From contig NC_090377.1 in assembly GCF_036365525.1 (NCBI RefSeq), forward strand, positions 97,085,141 through 97,149,140: 64,000 nucleotides of DNA, in the 5' to 3' direction. Made by a program: the position numbers and the translations under genes. Positions 37,255 through 50,389 of the stretch are shown piece by piece (position 1 is the first letter of the stretch; each line of letters opens with the position of its first letter). The stretch comes from Heterodontus francisci (Eukaryota). Under the pieces are notes generated by a model. That model worked only from the letters and a program-made list of their open reading frames with translations. It did no database searches and had not been told where the DNA came from.

Positions 37255-40200
37255 CAGTGCCACACGTTAGTGAGTAGAAATAGGAAGATAGGGAGGATCA
37301 ATGAATGGCTTGAGGCACAGTGCAGGAGGGAGGGCTTCTGATTCTTGGGTCATTGGGATCAGTGCTGGGGCAGGAGGCACCTATTAAAGGGATTGGTTGC
37401 ACCTCAACAGGACTGGGACCAAGGTCCTCGTGGGGAGTTTCACTTGCGTGGTTGAAGAGAATTTAAACTAAATTGGCAGGGCGGTGGGCACCAACATACA
37501 GAAGTAGAAAAGAGGACTAAGCTGCAGAAAGGAGCGAGTGTTATATAGTACTCGAGAAGGAAGTAGCACCATAGTAGATAAAAACAGACTAAGAACAACT
37601 ATGAGGAATACAAAGACACACATTGTGGTGAAGACTGGTGAACTACAAGCACAAACAGCCATTTCAGAATATGATGTAGTGGCAATAACAGAAACATGAC
37701 TTAAAAATGGTAAGGACACAAAGTGTTCAGAAAAGATAGGGAAGGAAAAAAAGGGAAATCGGCTGGCAGTACTGAATAGGTAAGACATTGTACTGTTGGA
37801 AAAGAGATGTCCTTGAGGGGACAAAGAGAAGCAAAAAAGGGGATGAACACACTGCTGGGGGTATTCTACAGGCCTCCAAATAGTGAGAGATTAGTCAGGA
37901 GCAAATCTGCAGGGAAATGACAGATGTAAGAATTAGAGAGTGGTGCTATTGAGGGACTTCAATAACCCAAATATTGTTTGGGATAATGTTAAAGTAAAGG
38001 GAAAGGAGGGGACGGAATTTCTGGAACGCGTTCAGAATAACTTCCTTGACCAATATGTTCTTGGTCCAACTAGGAAGGAGGCATTGCTGGATCTGGTGCT
38101 GGGGAATGAGGTGGGCCAAGTGTCTGTGGGGGAACACTTCAGTAAGAATGATTATTGTATAAGGTTTAGATAAGCAATGAAGACAAGGAACAACCGAAGG
38201 TAAATCTTTTAAATTGGAAGAGGACTTACTTCAAGGGGGATGAGAGGAGATCGAGCCAATATAAAATGGAACTAAAGATTGACAGGAAAAATTAAGGGAG
38301 CAACGGGTGATCTTTAAGGTGCAGGCTAGGTACATTCCAACAAAGGCGAAAGACAAGGGGATAAATTTTACACCGTCCCAGCAGGTCGGATGGTGGCGGC
38401 GTAAAATTGAGCGGGAGGCCTACCTGCCCCGCTCCCGCCTCTGGTCAACTTTACAACAGTGTGGGGGGGGGGGGGGGGAACGGCCCGCCCACCCGAGGCC
38501 AATCAAGGCCCGTAAGTAGTCACTTAAGGGCCCCCACCCACATCCACAGGTATTTTACCCATGGCAAGTGGGCGTGCTGAGGACGTGAAAGGCCACCCAG
38601 TGATAGCTGCCAGTCTTTCCACATCCCTGGGGGGGGGGGGGGCCATGGCAGTCGGGCACAGGGTGCCTGATTGAGGGCTGCCACTGCCTCCCAACCCACC
38701 CACAGGACCTAAGACGCCTCCCTCACCCCCAACGACCACTCCAACCTCACTAGGGAAGGACCGATCCCCCTGGTGAGGCAAGTCCAACTTGCCTCGTCTC
38801 CAGACTCCATGCGTCGGATGGGCTGCAGTCCCATTAGTGGCCACCACTCTCGGTGGCGCTGCTATAACTAAGAGCTGCCAGCCCGCTGATTGGCTGGCAG
38901 CTCACTGAGGCGGAACCTCCTCCCTCAAATGGGTGGAAGTCCTGCCTCGGGACAGTTAAAGACCGGGGACCTGTAAAATATGGGACGGATCCCCGGGCCA
39001 GGTGGAAGCGAGTTCGCCACCGACTTTTACGTTGGTGCAAATTCCCATCCGCCTAAGGTAAAATCCAGCCAAAGGTAACCAAAGCCAGGGCTCCTTGGAC
39101 GACGAGGCAATACGGAATTATAATGAAACAAAAGAAAGATGGTGCATGATGCATGTTAGGTGAATTCTTCAAAGAAGAATCAGGCCAAATACAATAAGAG
39201 GGGAAGTGAAGAGGAAAATACAACTGGCAAAAAGAATGAGAACAGAATGGCGGTTAATCTAAAAGGGAATCCAAAAATCTACTGGTATGTAAATAGTAAG
39301 TGGATAGCAAGAGGTAAGGTGGGGCCAATTGGGGGAAAAAAAGAGGGTGATAAATACTTAAGAGACACAGGGCAAGGCTTTGAATCAGTGCTTACTAAGA
39401 AAGAGGAGGCTGACAAAATATCAGTAGAAGCGGAGATGGTGGAGGTAATAGAGGAGGTGAAAATTGATAGGCAGGATGTACTGGAAAGGATGGCTATATT
39501 TAGAGTGGATAAATTGCCTTGTGTGGATGGCTAGTATCCCAGGTTGCTGAAAGAAGTGGGAGTAGAGATAGCAATAGGGCTTGATATAATCTTCCAATCT
39601 TCCCTAGATACAGGGAAGGTGCCAGAGGACTAGAGTGGCTTATTCAAGAAAGGATGCAAGGACATTTCTAGTAACTATAGGCCAGTCAGATTAATATCTG
39701 TGGTGGGTAAGGTTTTAGAAATAATAATCAGTGAAAAAGATACTCGGAGAGGTATGAGTTAATTGGGGAGAGCTAGAACAGATTTATAAAAGGCAGATTG
39801 TGCTCGACTAATCTAATTGATTTTTTTTTGATGAAGTAACAGAAGGGTGACAAAACCAAAGCAATGGATGTGGTCTATATGGATTTTAAGAAAGCCTTTG
39901 ACAATCCACCATTAAAAAAGGCTGGTCAACAAAATTGAGGCTCATGGATAAGAGGGTCAGTAACAGCTTGGATTAAAAAAATTGACTTAAGGACAGAAAA
40001 CAGCAAGTCGAGATAAATAGTTGTTTTCTAGACTGGAGGATGGTAGACAGTGGTGTTCCAAGTGTCACTGCTAGGACCTCTGCTTTTTCGATATACATAA
40101 ATGACTTAAATATTGGAAGAGAGAGTAAAATATCAAAATTTACTGATGATACCAAACTTGGAGGTGTAGCAGAGAGTGAGGATGATACCAATCAACTGCA

Positions 40201-40260
40201 ACAGGACATAGATAGGCTAGCAGAATGGGCAGACAAGTGGCAGTTGGAATTCTTTAGTCC
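37255..40260 (+). mobile_element. Degraded CR1 (ORF1 esterase end, APE, RT) in HSPD1 intron 8
   Basis: DFNNPNIVW, EALLDLVLGNE, YINDLN...SKFTDDTKLGG remnants. Confidence 0.85.
38358..39071. mobile_element. GC-rich non-autonomous DNA transposon, PIF/Harbinger-like, nested in CR1
   Basis: Imperfect TIR GGGATAAATTTTAC / GTAAAATCCAGCC; 3-bp AAG on both flanks; host CR1 is continuous across it. Confidence 0.65.
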
Positions 40261-40819
40261 CCAATGATACGAGTTAAGAATTTCCGCTGATATTTAAAAC
40301 AAGTTATGAAGCTACCTTCTGGAACCAACCTCAAGTTCATAGCATCTCTGATGCATTTATTCAACAGCCTGAGATGAGCAGTGAATTCCAAACCACATCA
40401 AGTCCAGTCAGAGTACTCAAGGTTGAATATTTAATTGCTGTCTTGGTCTGTATTCAGATTTAGCCACTGTACTTTGGACAATGACACAGCATAAGTAAAA
40501 TAGTCAACCTACAACTGGAGCTAAGTGAACCAGGGGCTATAATGCAGCCAACAGATGTTAAAATCATTGTATTTATACTTTTAATATTTTCCAGTAAAAT
40601 TTGTCTATAAAGTTTTACACGTGCATATGATAATCTCCTTCAACTTTAAACTTACCAACCCCCCACCCAAGTTTCATCTCTCAGTATCTATGGTAGTATT
40701 TCAGTTTGTACATGCAAATTTAATTCTCACTAAAAATAAGAGGACAATTTAAGTTCTACCATATTAAACTTCAATTGTGAAAAGTAGCCAAAAGCAGCAG
40801 CTACTCAAGTAATGTATTG

Positions 40820-41551
40820 AGCATCAGACGTTGGGGGTCGTGGAAGGGGGGGGGGCCCAGAAAATTCTTTCGGGAGAGGCCCGTCATGACCCCCGCCGCT
40901 GAGAAAGCCCCGCTGCATTTTACCGCCAGTGGCGAAGCCTCGGTGTGGCACCCGTCACCAAGCAGCGGAGCCTTCATTTGCCTACTCAGACTTATGCAAA
41001 AAAATGTTCATCAACTTACCTGGACCGGGCGCCGAGACGATGGTTTGGGGGGGGGGGGGGGGGGAAAGAGAGAGGAGTGAAATTATCAGACTGGGAGGAA
41101 GGAGTGGGAAAAATACATTGGCTGTGGGGATAGTGGGAAGGGGCTGAAGGGCAAATGTGATTAGGTTGGGGGTGGGGGTGAGGGGGGGAATGTTCAGGTT
41201 GGGAAAATAAATTTGAGATATAGGCCAATAAAAAATAACATTGGGTGGCGGGGGGGTGGGGGCGGTGCTGGGAAAGGGCTTCCAGCATTAAAAATTCACT
41301 TTATTCCTAAGGCTTGAAGCAGATTTCCTTTTAAAATGGCGCCGATGCCTGCGTGGTGGTGCCAGACACCGCTGCTCAGGACGGAGCAGCCACCCCCTTA
41401 CGTCAACCAGGGCAGCCATTCAACCCCCTCCATTTAAATGAGCCCCGTGCAAAACATCGCGGGGGCGCAGTGGTGGTGAATCCACACCTGAAGGCCGCTG
41501 ACTTCAAAGCGCGCCGCTGCAATTTGTGGCGTTTTAAATAAAATTCAGCCC
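40820..41551. mobile_element. GC-rich Harbinger-like non-autonomous element, left end missing
   Basis: Ends in AAAATTCAGCCC, like the terminus at 39059-39070; CpG-rich island in AT-rich intron. Confidence 0.5.
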
Positions 41552-44113
41552 CTGGAGTCCAGACATACACAGTTAAATGCAGAAATCCAGAAGCTGTTGG
41601 CAGGGATTCTATGCTTCTCCACAGGGTGCTTTGACGTTCCCACAGATTGCAATCTGAACTGATGAGAACGTGCCTTTTCATGCTATTAGTTTTGCTGTAA
41701 AAACCACTGAAAAAGTTATACCCTGTTAAATGAAATAACTGGGTTTTTAAACAGCATACCAATTTAGCCATTGAATTCACCCATTCTAATTTATACTTCC
41801 ATCTCAGGCCCTGTGCTAATGACCAATCATATCGAAGGATTGTGAAATTAAGGAGGTACACAGTTGCTTGCCCCATCACTCAGGTCCCAAATGCCTCGAT
41901 ATCCTTTTTCAAATAAGGAGACCAAAACTGTACACAGTACTCCAGATGTGGTCTCACCAAGGTCCTGTACAGCTGCAGTAAAACTTCCCTACTTTACAAT
42001 AAACACCAACATTCCATGTGCCTCTTGCTGTACCTGCATACTAACTTTTCGTGATTCATGTACCAGGAAACCCAGATCCCTCTGTACCACTGAGTTCTGC
42101 AACCTCTCTCCATTTAAATAGTATACAAATTTTCTGTTCTTCCTGTCAAAGTGGACAAGTTCACATTTTCCACATTATACTCCATCTGCCAAACTTTTGC
42201 CCACTCACTTAACCCTTTTGTAGACACTTAACCTCTTCTTGACAACTTACTTTCCTTCCCATCTTAGTGTTATTGGCAAATTTAGTCCCTTCATCCAAGT
42301 CATTAATATAAATTGTAAATAGTTGAGGACCCAGCAATGATCCTTGTGGCACTCCACTAGTTACAGCTTACCAACCCATGACAAATGTACGGCTAACTGG
42401 CCTATAGATTCCTGCTTTCTGTTTCCTACTTTTTTGAAAAAAAGTGTTATATTTGTTTTTTTCCAATCTGCTGGGACTCTTCCAGAATCTAAGGAATTTT
42501 GGAAGATTATAACCATATATCTCTGCAGCCACTTCTTTTAAGACCCTAGGATGCAAGCTATCTGGTCACAACCCTTTGAAGAAATTTCTCCTCATCTCAG
42601 CCCTAAATGATCAGCCCCTTATCCTGAAACTGTGCCTGTGTTCTAGATTCCCCAGCCAGGGGAAACAACCTCAGTGTCTGCCCCGTCAAGCCCCTTCAGA
42701 ATATTATCTGTTGCAATGAGGTCACCTCTCATTCTTCTAAACTCCAGAGTATAGGCCCAATTTACTCAGCCTCTCGTACTAGGGCAACCCTCCCACCCCA
42801 GGAAAGAGTCTAGTGAACTTTTGTTGTTCTGCCTCCAATGCAAGTATATCGTTCCTTAGAAAAGGAGACCAAAACTGCGTAGAGTACTCCAAGGTGTGGG
42901 CTCACCAAAGCTCCGTATAATTATAGCAAGACTTCTTTATTCTTGGCCTTTATTGCAAGGGGATTGAACTACATCACGCCATTTGCCTTCCTAATTGCTT
43001 GATGTACTTACATGCTAACTTTGTGTTCCTTGTATGAGTGCATCCAAATCTTTATGAACAATATTTACAAGTTTCACAGCTTTTAAAAAAAATTCTGCTT
43101 TTCTATTCTTGCAACAAAAGAGAATAACCACAAATTTCCCTACATCATACTCTATCTGCCACCTTGTTGTCCACTCACTTAACCTGTCTATACCTCTTTG
43201 TAGCCTCTTTGTGTCCTCCTCACAGCCTGCATTCCCACCTAGCTTTGTATCATCAGCAAACTTAGATACATAACTGTCTCTTTGTCTAGGTCAGTAATAT
43301 CGATTGTAAATAGTTGAGACCCCAGTACTGATACTTGGGCCACTCCACTAGTCACAGTCTGCAAACTTAAATATACACCATTTATCCCTACTCTCTGCTT
43401 CCTGTCCATTAACCAATCCTCTATCCATGCTACTATATCACTCCCAACTCCATGAGCCCTTATCTTGTGTAATAACTATCGGAGTGACTCCTGACAACAC
43501 AGAGCGTGCACAGAGCAATTGCGGATGTTATCAGTGTATGCGAACATTTGCCAGCATGAATAAGTGTATGCGTGCACTGACGTCACCACCCCTCAATAGC
43601 CACAATCGCCGCCTCCATTCCCTCTAACAGTACCCTGCTCCTTCCCACCATCCATGATTCAGACGCTGCTTCAATTTCCCATTCCCGGCTACTCGCCGCT
43701 CCATCCCACCTCGCCTCTTGCTCCCTGTCTCACCACTACCTTCCCTCAGCCAAATTGATCCCACCCTTGCCACTTGCTTTCCTCCCCCCACTGCTGCTTT
43801 CCCTCAGCCACTCACTCCTGTTCTTGCTGCTTCCCCCCTCGGCCAATCTCTGCCCGCCACGCCGCCCAAAGAAGCGACAGAGGTGGGGGGGGGGGGGGGG
43901 AGCAGGGTATGAGCCGTAGCTTCAAGGCAGGAAGCGAGCAGTCGAGGGGTGACGGGACGACATGGGAATGAGTGACCGAGGAGGGGCGGGGGGAAGCGGC
44001 GAGGGTAGGAGCAAGAGGCTGTGGCGAGGCAGGGAGCAAGCAGTGAGCAGACGGGCGCCGAAGAGAGCCACGAAGAGAAGCACGTTGGCAGGAGAGAGCA
44101 GGGTACTGCTGGG

Positions 44114-44210
44114 ATAAAAACAAGAAATGCTGGAACCACTCAGCAGGTCTGGCTGCATCTGTGGAAAGAGAAGGAGAGTTAACGTTTCGGGTCAGTGACC
44201 CTTCTTCAGA
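44114..44210 (-). mobile_element. Mini-PLE
   Basis: PLE tail plus hammerhead; 9-bp TSD ACTGCTGGG (44105-44113 / 44211-44219). Confidence 0.85.
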
Positions 44211-44213
44211 ACT
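44177..44213 (-). ncRNA. Minimal type I hammerhead ribozyme motif (PLE-type)
   Basis: 5'-AGUU CUGAAGA A GGGUC-ACU-GACCC GAAA CG UU AACU-3': intact core, 5-bp stem II, 4-bp stem I, palindromic AACGUU stem III region. Activity not shown. Confidence 0.7.
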
Positions 44214-44799
44214 GCTGGGGGTGGGATGGAGGCGGCGATCGGAGCCATTGAGGGGGTTTGGGTTTAATTTGTTTTTTGTGACAAATTGAGCAGTGCAATC
44301 TTTATTACTGACAGCTGAACGAATTGTCGCAGACAGTGACGTTTCAGTGGATGAGGCTGCATTTGCACATGTGTCAGTATTGTGCCACCTAGTAGTTGCG
44401 TTGTGTGGCACCTTATTGAATGCCTTTTGGATATCCAAGTACACATCTACTGGTTCCCTTCTTTCTACCCTACTAGTTACATAATCAAAAAATTCTGATG
44501 AATTTGACAAACAGATTTCCCTTTTCTAAAACCATGTTGACTTGTTCTAATCATACTATGTTTTTCTAAGTGCATTGTTAAGACTTCCTTAATAATAGAT
44601 TCCAGCACTTTCTTGATGACTGGTGTCAGGCTAACTGGCTTGTAGTTCCCCGTTTTCTCTCTCTCTCCTTTCTTGAATAGCAGTATTACATTTGCTAACT
44701 TCCAATCTGCTGGGATCATTCTAGAATATTTAGCTGCAGAGATAGTGAATGTGCTGGCTATCTCTTTCAGAACCGGCCAATGCAATGATACTCCTATTA

Positions 44800-45112
44800 G
44801 GGCGGCACAGTGGTTAGCACCCCAGCCTCACAGCTCCAGGGACCCGGGTTCGATTCTGGGTACTGCCTGTGCGGAGTTTGCAAGTTCTCCCTGTGACCGC
44901 GTGGGTTTTCGCCGGGTGCTCCAGTTTCCTACCACAGCCAAAGACTTGCAGGTGATAGGTAAAATTGGCCGTTGTAAATTGCCCCTAGTGTAGGTAGGTG
45001 GTAGGGAATATGGGATTACTGTAGGGTTAGTATAAATATGTGGTTGTTGGTCGGCACAGACTCGGTGGGCCGAAGGGCCTGTTTCAGTGCTGTATCTCCA
45101 AAAAAAAATAAA
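44800..45112 (+). mobile_element. HE1-like V-SINE
   Basis: gggcggcacagtggttagc...gggttcgattct head, V-domain, CR1-type tail; homologous to 9775-10112. Confidence 0.85.
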
Positions 45113-47989
45113 AACCCTTGGATGTAGACCATCAGGTCCTGAGGATTTGTCAGATTTTAGTCCCTTGAATTTCTCCAGTATTTTTCTGCTGATATTAATT
45201 TCCTCACTCTTATTAGCCTCTAGGTTACCCTCTATTTCTGGTATGTAACTTGTGTCTTCTACTATGAAGACAAACACAAAATATTTGTTTAATGTCTGCC
45301 ATTTGCTCATTCCCGATGATAATTTCTCCTGTCTCTGCTTCTAAGGAACCAACATTTACTTTAGCTACTCTCTTGCTTTTTTATACACTCGTAAAAGCTC
45401 TTACAATCTGTATATTTCTGGCTAGTTTTCTCATATTCTATTTTTTCTATCATCAACTTTTGCCTGTGCTGGCTTCTAAAACACTCCCAATCCTCAGACT
45501 TACTACTATTCTTTGCAACATTACAAGCCTTTTCTTTTAATTTAATACTATCCTTAACCTCCTTAGTATGCCACGGATGGATCTTTCTCGCTGACTTTTT
45601 GTTTTTCAATGGGAAGTATTTCTGTTGAACATTTCAAATTGTTTCTTTAAATGTTTCCCAGTTTATTTATTGCCAAACCTTTTAGTCTATTTACCCAACC
45701 AACCTTAGCCAGCTCTCCCCTCATACCTTGTTTAAGATTCTTGTTTGTGATTGGAGTATGTCATTTTCAAACTTAATATGGAACGTAATTATATTATGAT
45801 CACTATTGCCAGTGGTTCTTTTACTATGACATTGCTAATTAACCCTGCCTCATTGCACAATACCATATCAAAAATAACTTTATCCCTAGTTGGTTCTGCA
45901 ACATATTGCTCCAGGAAACTTTCACAAAAGCATTCTACAAATTCATCTTCCAGCAGTCTACAGCTTTCCTCTTCATTATCAACCACATAGCCAATTTTTG
46001 TAGTGTCTGCAAACTTCTTAACCATACCCACTACATTCAATTCCAGGTCACTGAAAAGCAAGGGACCTAGTATTGAGCCCACAGGAACCCCACTGGTAAC
46101 AGCCTTCCAGCCAAAAATAAAACACCCATCGCGTGATGCCAGTGAGGACTGGAAAATGATTGTCAGAGCCTCCCCTATTTCGTCTCTTGCTTCCCTTAAT
46201 AGCCTAGGATATATTTCATCAGGGCGTGGGGAATAATCCACTTTCAAAGATGTCAAATCCCTTAATACTTCTCTCTCTGTTAATTCCATATTATATTTCA
46301 CACAACTCTCCCCGATTACAACATCTACTTCATCGCTCTTTTGTGAAAACAGACACGAAGTATTCATTAAGAACCATACCAACTTCCTCTGCCTCCACAC
46401 ACTGGTTACCCTTATGGACCCTAATAAGCCCTACTCTTTAGTTATCCTCTTGCTCTTTATAAATTTATTTTAAAAAAAAAATCTTTGTTTTCCTTGATTT
46501 TACTTGCTAATATTTTCTCATGCCCTCTCTTTGCTTTCCTAGTTTTCTTTTTAATTCCACCCCTGCACTTTTTATACTCCTCTAGGCTTTCTGCAGTATT
46601 GAGCCCTTGGTATCTGTCATAAGCTTCCCTTTTTTCTTTATTTTCTCCTTTAAGCCCCTTGACATCCAGTGGGGTCTGGATTTGTCAGTCCTACCCTTTT
46701 TCTTTAAAGGAACATATTTGCTCTGAACCATTACCATCTCTTCCTTGAATGTCTCCCACTGATCTGGCACTGATTTACCTTCAAGTAGCGGTTTCCTACC
46801 CACTTTAGCCAAATCACCTCTCAGCTCAGTAAAATTAGCTTTTCTCCAATTGAGAGCTTTTATTCTTGATCTTTGTCCTTTTCCATAATTAACAAATATG
46901 ATCACTTGTACCAAAGTGCTCCTTTTCCATAACTACCCTAAATCTAAGTGAATTAGGATACTTTTAGGGACTAATGCTGGGCAGTAGAAGTTAAGGCCAG
47001 AACCACCCCCTCTCTTATTGGGCTTGCTACCTACTACTAAAAAAGTTCACCTGAATGCATGTTAAGAATTCTGCTCCCTCTGTCACTAATCTATCCCTCT
47101 TAGTTGAAATCCCCGACTATTACCGCCCTATTGTTTTAGCACTTCAGTGATTTGCCTACATATTTGTTCTTCTTTCTCCCTCACACTGTTTTTTTTTGGG
47201 GGGGAGGAGGGGGTGTATATGACACTCCCAGTAGTGTGATTTCCCCTTTTTTGTTCAAGCCATATGGCCTCATTTGATGAGCCTTCTACCAAAATCATCC
47301 CTCCTCACAGCTACAATTGTTGCTTTAATCAATATTGCAACCCACCCCAATCCTTTTTGATCCCCATCTTGATCTCGCCTGAACTCTCTAACCAGGAATG
47401 TTGAGGTCAGGAATTCCTGACTGCCTTACAGCCATGTTGCAGTAATAGCTGTAAAATCATATTCCATGTCAATCTCAGCTCATCTGTCTTATTCCCTAGA
47501 CTTCTTGCACTGAAGTATGTACCATTTAGCACCGCCGAACTCCCTTGTCTATTATGCCTTTATGGATTGTCAAATTTCTCCATAAAATTCTACATTTAAT
47601 TTTTAAAAAAGCTTCTGTCTTAATCCCACGTGTACGTCCCAATTTTTATTTTGCTCTCTGTAAAATGTTATCACAAACTGAAGGATAATCAGTGTTTTAA
47701 CTTCTTGGTTTGCTATATGTGAGAATCCCTCAATATGATTGGCTACTTACCCTCCTCGACGACATTGCTGTTGTGCCTGGAGATCTACTTGATATGGTAC
47801 CAGATGCAAATTAACGTCTGGAAAAGTGAAATCCACACCACAGAGGTTGCTAGATTTTTTTGGGGCAGCTTCCTTCGAGGTCAACAGCGAGCACCATCAC
47901 TTCACCAATGACCAAATAAATCTGGGCCACTGCACTCTCTCTATACAAGTCTAATTATGTTTACTTAAGAATTATTCAACTTTACTTAC

Positions 47990-48089
47990 CGTACCACCAG
48001 TAGCAATGGCCATGTCCTTTAGTTGGTTCTTCCTGTTGTCACCAAATCCAGGTGCTTTAACAGCCACAACTTGCAAGCCAACCTTCAGC
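47990..48089 (-). CDS. HSPD1: HSPD1 exon 8
   Basis: (R)[33 protein letters not shown]; 100 bp; |gtaagt donor. Confidence 0.98.
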
Positions 48090-48458
48090 CTGAAGATTTG
48101 AGTTGAGGAAATTATATATACACAATTTTTTTAAAAAAACTGATTAGTATTAATTTATTTCAATTAATACAGATGGGGTAAAACAGTAATGTAATGCAAG
48201 CTATTTCAGGAACAGAAATACCTAATGCTTTTGAAAACATTTAGCAAACTGTTAATGGTGTTTAGCTTGAAAGCATATGGAGGAGATGGGAGTTCCCCAT
48301 GACAATAGCACATACCTAAGTCATCTCACACTGTTAATCATTCTAACAAATTTTAGTTTTGACCTTTAACCCAAACATAATGTGAACACATATTTACAGA
48401 AGTAAAGTTTAGTTTTAATTTCTAGGTCTCTCTAGTTGAATGAAGGCTGTAAACTAAC

Positions 48459-48627
48459 CTATTCAAAACCAGGGTGCTGAGTGCTTCTCCATCAATATCT
48501 TCAGCAACAATAACTAGAGGTTTACGGTGTGCATTGGCAATCTCTAAGGCTGGCACAATGGACTGCACATTTGAGATTTTCTTTTCACTAAGTAGAAGGT
48601 ACGCATCTTGGAATTCACATTTTTGCC
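48459..48627 (-). CDS. HSPD1: HSPD1 exon 7
   Basis: (G)[55 protein letters not shown](R); 169 bp. Confidence 0.98.
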
Positions 48628-49474
48628 CTGTTAAAAATAAACCACAATTTAAGTAACTTTTAAAATTATAAACACATTATCATTCCAGCAGCTGGAATAC
48701 TTGAGTACTTAAATTTCAATCCAAAGGGTTGAGAGTTCAAATACCAGCTAGAATGCATCTGATCTACCCCTTGGTGGAGAGTAGCAAAGAGGGAAAAGTA
48801 CAACCAAGAATAACCTGCCAAACCAATCCAAAAGTTAGCATGAATGGTTGCTCCGAATAAGTACATTAGACTATTTTCTTGACATTATGAATGAACCACA
48901 TATTCCCAAGACTGAGCTAAGTCAACAGTATCCAGTTTAAAGGCAAAGACAAATGCACCAAGGCAAGGATGAATTCTGGTTACCCATCATGGTGGAACAA
49001 TTCATCAAGATTCACTTTCTAAGCTGACAAAGAAAGTACACTCTGGCAAGATACCAGAAGACCACCTTTAAAAAAAAAATCCTTCTTGAGATATGGGTGC
49101 CACTGGCAAGGACAGCATTTATTATCCATTTCTAAAGATGGTGGTGAGCCTTCTTGAGCTTCTGCAGTCCTCTCACAATGCTGTTAGGTAAGGAGTTCCA
49201 GGATTTTGACTCAGCAATGATAAAGGAATGGCGATATACATGTCCAAATTAAGATGTTGAGAGACTTGCAGGTAATGCTATTCAGCACCTGCAGATTCAT
49301 ATTCTGACACCAATTAACATCTTTTGGGGGAAGGAGAAAGCAAAAAGGATGCTAATAATATTACTCAAGCCTTCTTATATATTATTTTCCTAGGAACTTT
49401 TTAAACACACCTAAAAAATTTAAGTAGGCACCAGTTGTAAGTTGTATCAGAGGCAGCTTGGAGGAATTACATAC

Positions 49475-49568
49475 CTTTCGCTGTGTTGATGAAGTACGGT
49501 GAGATGTAACCTCGATCAAATTTCATTCCTTCAATGAGTTCAAGCTCATCATGGAGTGTTTTGCCATC
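49475..49568 (-). CDS. HSPD1: HSPD1 exon 6
   Basis: [31 protein letters not shown](G); 94 bp. Confidence 0.98.
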
Positions 49569-49680
49569 CTGTTTACACAATATGTAACAAGGAAACCATT
49601 CGAATACAATACATTTTTTAAAAAAATCAATAGTATGGCAGCACATAAATTCAACTTTTCTGCCTATTGTACTTACTTAC

Positions 49681-49776
49681 CTTGACAGTGATGACACCCT
49701 TGCGCCCAACTTTTTTCATTGCATCAGAGATGAGGTCACCAATTTCCTGATCTCCATTGGCTGAAATAGTTGCTAC
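49681..49776 (-). CDS. HSPD1: HSPD1 exon 5
   Basis: [32 protein letters not shown]; 96 bp. Confidence 0.98.
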
Positions 49777-49964
49777 CTGCAACAAAAAAGGAACAGAAAA
49801 TCAGTTTTCCTGGGAACACTGTTACAGAATGGTTAAGGAGACTGTTAAGCTGTACTGCAGCCATCAATGGCTACAATTATATACAAGTGTTACTTTGACA
49901 GGTTAAAAAGTTGCTATGCTAAAAAGTAATTAGGAGATAGCTACGGTCCACATTTTGTTAAGTT

Positions 49965-50077
49965 CATTGCCCAGAAATTCCTTACAGCTTCTCCTGCGCT
50001 CCTGCCATAAATTCGCACAGGCGTTCAAAGTTATGGCAGTGGAGCAGGAGCTACTCCAAGGAGATTCCAGGCCAATG
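49965..50077. mobile_element. Hairpin MITE
   Basis: Imperfect palindrome: cattgcccagaaattcc...ctcctgcgctcctgccataa / ttatggcagtggagcaggag...ggagattccaggccaatg. Confidence 0.65.
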
Positions 50078-50389
50078 TTCAGTCTTCAAAGCTTACGATG
50101 AGCTCGGATAGAAAAGTACAGAATGCCAAAGATGGAAAGCTCGGAGCAGAGCAGCAGGAACTACCGATAGGCCTTGGGGAAATTAGGGTCACATTTGTGA
50201 ACAGATTTTCAGAAAATAAGTTACCTAATTTGTATTTTGCTTCTCCAATGTAATGCAATGCAGAAAGGAAAGAAGAATGATCTCACGTGAATGCTGGGTT
50301 TTGGGCTCTGGACAATGGGTATGGGTTAAACAAATACATGTCACAACCCATGTAGTTTCACCCATGGGAAGGGCAGCTGGAAGTAGAGT

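Larger units (their letters stand above)
43476..44404. mobile_element. Unclassified non-autonomous fold-back element, copy 2
   Basis: Homologous to 130-1257; interrupts a CR1; about 53-bp internal IR (43589-43640 vs 44096-44255 after removing the mini-PLE). Confidence 0.75.
41880..47550 (-). mobile_element. Stack of nested, degraded CR1 fragments
   Basis: Several partial APE/RT pieces (GNYKPVSLTPV, SGPDGLHPRV, KFADTTKIG) with abrupt junctions. Confidence 0.8.
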
